DNA of 64,000 bases from an uncultured bacterium (GTDB taxonomy: Bacteria; Omnitrophota; Omnitrophia; Omnitrophales; Aquincolibacteriaceae), in the NCBI GenBank assembly GCA_964482725.1, contig CAYZYT010000003.1:49252-113251 (forward strand), read 5' to 3'. Position numbers and translations under genes: made by a program. The notes beneath the pieces are model-generated. The model saw only the letters and a program-made list of their open reading frames with translations. It ran no database searches and was not told the origin of the DNA. Shown here piece by piece: positions 63,486-64,000 of the stretch; within the stretch, counting starts at the first letter, position 1, and each line of letters opens with the position of its first letter.

Positions 63486-64000
63486 AATTTCGTTATTCGC
63501 GCCAAGGATTGAATAAAAAAGAAATTTTGCTGCAGCGTAGCTTCGAAGTGCTTCCGGGCTTGACTAGCTGGATCTTGATTCTGGGGCTGGTGGCGCTTTC
63601 GATCTGGATGCCCCTCGTTGCTGCGATCGCGGTGATCGCTTTTATGCTGGCTTGGGTCCTGAGGCTTTTTTATCTGACGATCTTTCTCCTCCTCTCTTAC
63701 GTCAGGCTTTCGATCGAGAAAGATACGGATTGGCTGGGGCGTATTCGTGGCATAGACCGGTTCGAGGCTTATTTGACAGAAACTCGCAAGGGGTGTCACG
63801 AGAAGGACTGGTATAAGCGGATTTCTCATTGGGCGCACCGGAACGATATGGAGCGTCTGAAAAAATCGGGGGATATCCCGCCGCGTTCGTCAGAGATCTT
63901 TCATTTAGTCGTGATCCCCGTGATAAAAGAATCTCCTCAGGTGGTGGCGGCGAATGTTTTAAGTGTGGCTCATAATAAAGCTTTTGCCCGGCAGGCGATC
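63482..64000 (+). CDS. Membrane protein, possibly a glycosyltransferase (N-terminal part; continues beyond the window)
   Basis: Its ATG overlaps the upstream stop (ATGA). It has two TM helices, then a region starting LVVIPVIKESPQ that resembles the start of a GT-A catalytic domain. There is no stop within the window. Confidence 0.3.
   Translation, partial: MKFRYSRQGLNKKEILLQRSFEVLPGLTSWILILGLVALSIWMPLVAAIAVIAFMLAWVLRLFYLTIFLLLSYVRLSIEKDTDWLGRIRGIDRFEAYLTETRKGCHEKDWYKRISHWAHRNDMERLKKSGDIPPRSSEIFHLVVIPVIKESPQVVAANVLSVAHNKAFARQAI

Noticed and set aside
1-64000. Search for CRISPR arrays, tRNA or rRNA genes, integrases, transposases, and phage or defence-system genes
   Set aside because: I found no regularly spaced direct repeats with unique spacers, no tRNA-like T-loop or acceptor patterns, and no recombinase, nuclease or helicase genes. 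The repeat families present are short structured elements without any ORF except the four-helix-bundle gene.

Overview
This is a gene-dense 64-kb window (about 50% GC by eye), almost certainly from a Gram-negative (diderm) bacterium; I did not recognise the lineage. Reading left to right, it holds: (a) a response-regulator tail, an XRE/cupin regulator divergent from three small unknown genes, a metallophosphoesterase, a visibly GC-richer VIT1/CCC1 transporter gene, a coiled-coil protein and a HAMP-PP2C phosphatase; (b) a complete tripartite RND efflux operon (OMF-MFP-RND) preceded by two covarying hairpins that overlap a promoter-like motif; (c) a lipoprotein, an HD-GYP c-di-GMP phosphodiesterase, a GHL10 hydrolase, a kinase-like protein, cspA with a structured leader, and an M48 peptidase; (d) a roughly 25-kb chemosensory plus type IV pilus supercluster: CheR-TPR, 2 CheW, 2 tandem MCPs (one with a CXXCH heme motif), a CheA-REC fusion, CheB, a REC-histidine kinase, four tandem CheY paralogs, PilB, PilC, two tandem major pilins plus a pilin 3' remnant, a LamG-containing minor pilin, two pseudopilins, a PilM-N fusion, PilO, PilP, the PilQ secretin, and ExeA-like and GspB-like genes; (e) MscS, a membrane-embedded spermidine-synthase-like protein, an AmmeMemoRadiSam system with fused Memo-AMMECR1, a B12-radical-SAM/GT2/methyltransferase trio, a second RND-OMF pair under a MarR regulator with no adaptor gene, and a PEGA protein. 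Two families of short structured repeats are interspersed: an A/T-rich CTAAAYCCTAAA/AAATCCGAAAT family, which encloses a four-helix-bundle (23S-IVS-type) ORF between cheA and cheB, and a GTCATYC...GRATGAC nested-palindrome MITE-like family with five copies. Two copies of the second family overlap the 5' ends of genes. I found no rRNA, tRNA or CRISPR array.
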